This document shows, one piece after another, positions 59,601 to 64,000 of a stretch of DNA of 64,000 nt. The notes beneath the pieces were generated by a model, which had not been told where the DNA came from, ran no database searches, and saw only the letters and a list, made by a program, of their open reading frames with translations. The translations under genes were made by a program, and so were the position numbers. Numbering within the stretch: the stretch's first letter is position 1; the number at the start of each line of letters is the position of its first letter. The stretch comes from Acidobacteriota bacterium (GTDB lineage: Bacteria; Acidobacteriota; UBA6911). The stretch covers positions 2,912,001-2,976,000 of the forward strand of contig OY761556.1 in NCBI GenBank assembly GCA_963664705.1, in the 5' to 3' direction.

Positions 59601-60063
59601 GGAGGGCGAGGCGAAGTTTTGACCGACTCGAATCCATGTAGCTTTGGTCGATAATCTTCTTTGCCTCGGCAAAGAACTCTTCCGATCGGCTCCTGTCGCT
59701 AAAATGCCTGAACACGAGAAGGGATGCGGAAATAATGCCGATCGCCGCTGCCGCGGCTATGGGCCAGCGGACCCAGGCAGGAATGCCGGTTTTCTTTTTC
59801 TGTTCGCTGCGTGCAACATTCTGGACCAGTTGCACGGTTTGCTGCAGCTCTGAAGCCGTCGGCTGCGAAACTGGCTCAGAACCCTGGATGTCCTCCGGAT
59901 GCAGCAGCTCAATCAAATCAGCCAGCGCCTTGCGGCATTTCGAACAACCCGCGAGATGCGCCTCCAGTTGAGGGGTTCGCCATCCGCTGCCATTCTGCGT
60001 TAGATACGAATAAAGATTCTCGTCGGTCAGACAGGCTTTATTCGCCGTACCGTTCGTGTTCAT
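56653..60063 (-). CDS. zf-HC2 + TM + TPR + CHAT protease fusion
   Basis: HLAGCSKC, TM helix, TPRs, ILPDGPLH.LPF, HFSGH and LAGCET dyad, W.PYILVG. Confidence 0.92.
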   Translation of the reverse strand: MNTNGTANKACLTDENLYSYLTQNGSGWRTPQLEAHLAGCSKCRKALADLIELLHPEDIQGSEPVSQPTASELQQTVQLVQNVARSEQKKKTGIPAWVRWPIAAAAAIGIISASLLVFRHFSDRSRSEEFFAEAKKIIDQSYMDSSRSKLRLALPFSAESGMRAADQQGSLRSAENRLYQALAIQENMVEARLGLGYIYLSGTEYGKARGEFESILKIQKDDKQALIGRGVAWYEEAQQSNDPLDRINQLKAAQADFERVLAFDPNSVEARYDKIMVLFGSGLHQEALKEIELYLKQDPNSAWAEELKTLKTRMQMSRSSVFREEMDHAARLREAAAISDLARLLPDKTVGAIITSMRRSLGRESEKDSDLSEPPSADDLVWAAKAMEASYSEATGDHSLKNLIQFYVGLSPPERRFKRELDDEFQKLNKLQQNHRLCDRILTRSKYLEAQYTQLKDYWKLADLHHLRANILYTCKAEFQASEREFFEMLTVAKNLDAPEPTARALAGLAIIMGQERKFGESLTYARKLKNIADQYHLNEWPLYVAMTRGNQYRRMGRLDLALKEYSFAMGAAAHIGETIKLAEALENAGLVMEQQERFLDAGAFYAQAVRLQDEWIADDPARVQEMSVRHVNLLLRQGNLAMRLGDLDKAENAFSESLATAQAGMKEAESRALVAVAEIYLSKKRFPEAKDLLNRAIRISQSGRYLDTEWEAKFLKGRVLEYTNQPKAAHSLYVQSISILERMRQKVPRGDLKHSFYNNRYDPFKAVVSLLFRRGDKEKALEFVDRAKAATLRDDLTVATLSAKSRRKLVAGPSPMIEYFFVDEGLLVFYIGQGRLEASLQKLTRDEISQQVRSFVLSIQHNNLGRFAELAGKLYQELILPIEKHLDGQGTETLAILPDGPLHTLPFAGLMDANRRHLIERMPIAYAPSQTVYSYCLNHRMASSNSVVMIDGTQGLPFAREELAYLSKLFGKNARSVSANDWPALVRETENSAIVHFSGHSLKPEGKPVLVLQTIPQKIYLDSQTISGWKCAANRLVNLAGCETATGPVAEGEGPWGLIPAFLNAGAPSVIASLLPVDDEATRKLDCQFYEMLRQGAGKAKALQTAQLTLLAAARKHSAGGPQSWVPYILVGNPQ

Positions 60064-60743
60064 AGCACCGTTCCATCCGTTTTGCCTGCAGTGGCAAGCG
60101 TTTGGACTCGAGAAATAAGCCTTTTTAAAAGTTTCTCAACACCGGCCTTGGAAAGATTGACTCCCTTACACTGAGAGATCTGACTAAAGGATAGTCCATT
60201 ATAAAAATGAAGATCAAAAATCAGCTTATCCCGGAGCGAAGTCGGACCGGAGTCGGATTCAATCGTGTTCCTGGTCAGAGACATGAGCTCGCGAATCAAC
60301 ACCTTGCGGTCCAAGTCCTCGATTTCATCTTTATCGGCCAGGGCGATATCGACCTCGCCTCCTCCATCGCGATCCAACGTGCGTTTGACCGCCGCTGTCC
60401 GGCGCAAAGTATCCAACACCGATGATCGGCAGATTACCGCAAGATATGCCAGCAATTCGTCTTCATTTTTTCCGGAGAACCGCTTCATCGCGGCGCACTC
60501 GTTTGAGACAAGACGGATAATGGAGTTTTGAAAAAGATCGCTTTCCTGAACACCACACGCCTGCATGGAGGAGCCCGAGGCGGTTTGACTTGCAAGTTGT
60601 CTCAGGGTGCCACCGATAAAATATTTGATCTTAATGGTATACCGTCGTAGAAATTCGGTCCAGGCTTCCGAATTCCCGGTATCATCCGCACAGATATGAA
60701 ACAACTCCACTGCATCCAATGAGCGCAACTTGAACCTCTTCAC
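60060..60743 (-). CDS. ECF-type RNA polymerase sigma factor
   Basis: AWTEFLRRY, DLFQ, YLAVI..S..LD.LR and region 4 GLSFSQIS; overlaps the CHAT gene start. Confidence 0.8.
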   Translation of the reverse strand: MKRFKLRSLDAVELFHICADDTGNSEAWTEFLRRYTIKIKYFIGGTLRQLASQTASGSSMQACGVQESDLFQNSIIRLVSNECAAMKRFSGKNEDELLAYLAVICRSSVLDTLRRTAAVKRTLDRDGGGEVDIALADKDEIEDLDRKVLIRELMSLTRNTIESDSGPTSLRDKLIFDLHFYNGLSFSQISQCKGVNLSKAGVEKLLKRLISRVQTLATAGKTDGTVL

Positions 60744-60911
60744 CGCAACTGTCTAAGCCATGAGGAACCCGCCCATTATACACAGTTCTACAAAACCACA
60801 AACAATAGAAGTGAAATAACATGTGGACCGGCATCCCGTTGTCTGCTGCTGCAGGCACATTGAATAGAATTCGATGCCGTTGAAAGGGTGACCTTGGAAA
60901 TGACCGCACCG

Positions 60912-61517
60912 TCAGAGAGTCTTGCTGCGACGAGGATTGTAAATAATGCCGCCGGACTCCCGATATTCTCTTAGGACCGCGGCAGCCTCCTGCCGGCATA
61001 TATCGCGCAGAACGGAAATCCCCCGGCGCTCCAGGGCTTCCACCCAGTTGGGCGGCTTTTCCCCTTCATCGAAGCCGGTATCTTCGGCATCCGAACCGCG
61101 TGCGCCGCAGACCAGTCGCCGGACTCCCGACCACGTGACCGCCCCAAGACACATCGCGCACGGTTCCGTGCTGGTGATCAGCTCATAGTGCCTTGATTCC
61201 GATGCGCTGAAATCGTAGGTGCCAAGTTCCTTCTGCCCGGCCATGATGGCCACAATTTCCCCATGAAGCACGGAGCAGCCGCCGCTCAACACCAGGTTCA
61301 CTCCCGCCGCCAGCAACGAGCCATCCTCGATATGAAAAAGCCCCGCGGCGAAAGGCCCACCCCCGTGGTGGACATTCAGGCGCGAAAGCTCGACTGCAAA
61401 CTGCATTCGCTCTTCAACCGTGGAAAATGCGCGTCTCTCTTTTGAGACAAATGCCTCAAGCCAGTCCGGCAGATTCAGCGAAAAAGATGGTTGATCCACA
61501 AAATGTCTCCGTCCCAT
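60912..61517 (-). CDS. Nucleoside deaminase (guanine deaminase/TadA-like; start uncertain)
   Basis: GGPFAA, HGE, EPCAMC. Confidence 0.9.
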   Translation of the reverse strand: MGRRHFVDQPSFSLNLPDWLEAFVSKERRAFSTVEERMQFAVELSRLNVHHGGGPFAAGLFHIEDGSLLAAGVNLVLSGGCSVLHGEIVAIMAGQKELGTYDFSASESRHYELITSTEPCAMCLGAVTWSGVRRLVCGARGSDAEDTGFDEGEKPPNWVEALERRGISVLRDICRQEAAAVLREYRESGGIIYNPRRSKTL

Positions 61518-61552
61518 GCCCTTCCCCGGGGCAATTACCAACGCTTCGGAGA

Positions 61553-61951
61553 TCAGTTTACTGCATTATTCGAGGAATTCGTGGCAGATTTGTCCTGCGG
61601 CTTATATTCAAATTCGTCCGGACTGTTGTTTTTCCAGACCACACGCGCTACGTCATAGGAATTTCGGAGATTCGTGTTTGGACTATAAAAGAGCATGGTA
61701 ATCTCACTCTCCGGCTCATTCAGCGTGTTCGAGAGGGTGACCAGCGTGGATCGAACCGCGCTTTCTGAATAGTGGGAAGGCAACGATACTTTGACCAGGA
61801 ATCTCCGGTGCTTTGCCGTACTGGTATTCTGTATCTCCGCAATTCTGAAATCGGGCACACGCCCGGCGCTTTTGCTATCGGAACCTTTGAGTCCGCATCC
61901 GCCCATCAGGAGCATACAGACTCCGCACAAGACCCACGCAACGGTTCTCAT
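61553..61951 (-). CDS. Hypothetical lipoprotein
   Basis: AGGAGG RBS; lipobox MGGC. Confidence 0.75.
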   Translation of the reverse strand: MRTVAWVLCGVCMLLMGGCGLKGSDSKSAGRVPDFRIAEIQNTSTAKHRRFLVKVSLPSHYSESAVRSTLVTLSNTLNEPESEITMLFYSPNTNLRNSYDVARVVWKNNSPDEFEYKPQDKSATNSSNNAVN

Positions 61952-62398
61952 CCCAGCCTCCTATCCTATTGATCGGCACAGCCAGAGACTTCTTGAGATC
62001 GAGGAAGACAAATTGTCTCAGACACTCTTCCCCGCAAGAGTGATCTTCCGCACAGACATGAAGTCTTTCTTTCCTTTTCTTTTAGAAAAATCGAAATCCT
62101 ATTTTTGCCTGAAACCAAAACCGGACCGGCCCCGTATACAAAATAACGCATAAGAATCCATTCCTGATTCGTAAGGATGGGGGGAGCCGCGTGGATGGTT
62201 CCCCCCTTTGCTTTTTTTGCTCGCCGATCTCCGCGGACACAGCCTCCAGATAACATTTTTGCCATCCGCCTTTTTCCATTGAACCAGGTAGTTTTCATTG
62301 AACACAAAAGAGCGCATCATATGCAGGTAATCGAACAACGATCGTCAGGACGATGTCGGTGACAAGTGTTCTCCCCGACTTTGTGGCGATCATGCGGG

Positions 62399-63448
62399 AT
62401 GCGGGAACAGGCTCCGCGGCATGTGAGGAAACCGGCAGTGAAAGAACTGGAATGGATTACCGAAATTCGTCTCGACGACAGAACCGAAGGGCCGAACCAA
62501 GGCCAGAGGGTAATGATGTTTTCAGGGTTCGCCAGCAGCCCCGAAGTATTGAGGGACCTTGGAACCGCGATTCACGAAAGGCTATCGGTAACGGTGCTGA
62601 TGCGCGGCTTGCCGCGACACGACGGTGACAAACACAACTTCTATAGCAGTCGTGCCTGGCATTACTGGCGGGAGGCGGAAGAACCCTTCCTGCGCTTCTG
62701 GAAGGAAAAGGGCACGCCGGTAACACTGATCGGCTATTCAACGGGCGCGAACATCGCCATCACAATTGCGGCGCGCCACCCCAGTAAAGTTGCGGGTATT
62801 GTTTTGCTCAGTCCCTATCTCCGTGCCAGGAGTGCTGCAACCCGGACTTTGAGCTATGGCGTTTCCGGATTGTATTACCTGGCTCTGCCGCTCGGAGCTC
62901 TCGGCGGTCTCGCCTACATCTGCTATAAACGCTATCGTCGCGACTGGACGCCACGACGCACATTCGCCGTGGCCGCAGGATCGCTGCTGGGATTCGCATC
63001 CGCAGCAAAGATTCTGGATCGCGCCACGGTGGGAATCGGCCAGGCACCGGCACTGATGCGAGACGGGGAGGAAGTGCATGCTCCCCACTTCGAGCGGGTA
63101 TCCCTCGTAGGAGGATCCACGCTCGTTCCATTCCAGCTCCTCACTCGATGGATCCATCGCCATACGGTTGTGCCCATCACCTATGTATTCGGCGAAAAGG
63201 ATAGCGTTGTGGATGTGGAGAGCGGCGTGATGATTGCACGGCAGAATCCCAAGGCGGAGCTGTTCGTACTTTCCAATGCCCCGCACCGCATTGTCACAGA
63301 GCCGCGCATTTACGATATCGTCTGCGCGGCCGTTCTCCGCTGCTTTGATGAAAGCGCGGCAAGGCAGCAGGATTTCGAAGATGTGGATATTATTCCATCC
63401 GATCTTGAACTCAGCGACCTGGAAGCAGCGCCCTATATCATGGCCTGA
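62399..63448 (+). CDS. Alpha/beta hydrolase (carboxylesterase-like) with a membrane insert
   Basis: GYSTG, GEKDSVV, NAPH. Confidence 0.8.
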   Translation: MREQAPRHVRKPAVKELEWITEIRLDDRTEGPNQGQRVMMFSGFASSPEVLRDLGTAIHERLSVTVLMRGLPRHDGDKHNFYSSRAWHYWREAEEPFLRFWKEKGTPVTLIGYSTGANIAITIAARHPSKVAGIVLLSPYLRARSAATRTLSYGVSGLYYLALPLGALGGLAYICYKRYRRDWTPRRTFAVAAGSLLGFASAAKILDRATVGIGQAPALMRDGEEVHAPHFERVSLVGGSTLVPFQLLTRWIHRHTVVPITYVFGEKDSVVDVESGVMIARQNPKAELFVLSNAPHRIVTEPRIYDIVCAAVLRCFDESAARQQDFEDVDIIPSDLELSDLEAAPYIMA

Positions 63449-63482
63449 TCAGCTCGAAGCAAGGAAGCCCCGCCGGCTGTGA

Positions 63483-64000
63483 TTATTGCAACAGGCTGGC
63501 TACCAATGCATCTATTTCCTGTTCATGTCCCAGCTCGATGAATTTCCCGGCCAGCCTTCCCTGCCGATCGATGACAAAAACGGTAGGGATGGCGGATACA
63601 TTTCCCAACGGCTTCAAATCGATGATCGTTTTGAACTGAAAGGCAGCGACTGGATACGGAACGGCAATGGTGCAACTGATTTCCGGATGCTTTTTGAGAA
63701 ATGGCTTCACCTTTTCCCAACCTTCATCGTCTACATCAACGCCGATGATTTCGACGGGCAGATCGCGATATTTCTTCTGCAAATCGACAATCTTGGGGAT
63801 GCTATGAAGGCATGTCCCACACCACGTGGCCCACACATCCACTACCGCAACCTTGCCCTTGAGATCCGCGATGGTCCGATGATCACCGGCAAGAGTTTCA
63901 TAGCCGAATCCCGTAACATCCGGTCTCTCGGAAGCGCTTGAATAGACCCCTTGCTGCTTGCCTGCCTTTATCAGCGGAGCCACTCTGCCAAAATAGTAGC
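63483..64000 (-). CDS. TlpA/ResA-like thiol-disulfide oxidoreductase (5' end beyond the window)
   Basis: WATWCGTC, IPTVFVIDRQG; frame is open to the window edge. Confidence 0.9.
   Translation of the reverse strand, partial: YYFGRVAPLIKAGKQQGVYSSASERPDVTGFGYETLAGDHRTIADLKGKVAVVDVWATWCGTCLHSIPKIVDLQKKYRDLPVEIIGVDVDDEGWEKVKPFLKKHPEISCTIAVPYPVAAFQFKTIIDLKPLGNVSAIPTVFVIDRQGRLAGKFIELGHEQEIDALVASLLQ

Overview
Bacterial genomic DNA; the gene content of the right half suggests Acidobacteriota (inference). The window has two parts. (1) Positions 1 to ~28.5 kb form an accessory island ending just past the 3' end of a tRNA-Arg(CCT). It is a string of mostly single, unrelated, often secreted or ORFan genes. 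They are separated by about 20 copies of a short imperfect palindrome: L-arm ~TGGCGTTATCTCCCACA, 7-nt spacer, R-arm ~TTC[C/T]TGGGA. The spacers fall into two classes (ending GAC or CGT) that face in opposite directions. A 3.4-kb element encoding two tyrosine recombinases sits exactly inside one of these sites, and a 250-bp non-autonomous relative sits inside another. Together these suggest a cassette/module-shuffling system that matches neither integron attC nor Xer dif/pdif sites. An IS1111-type (IS110 family) element splits a higB-like toxin gene, and guide-like matches to its target and donor are readable in its 3' non-coding region. (2) Positions 29 to 64 kb hold ordinary housekeeping and envelope genes (apt, acyP, LOG, msrA, pdp, cdd and others), a kinase/caspase/DUF4384 cluster, an ECF sigma / zinc-finger-TPR-CHAT protease operon, REP-like repeats and a DnaA-box cluster. 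Everything was read by eye; no searches were run.
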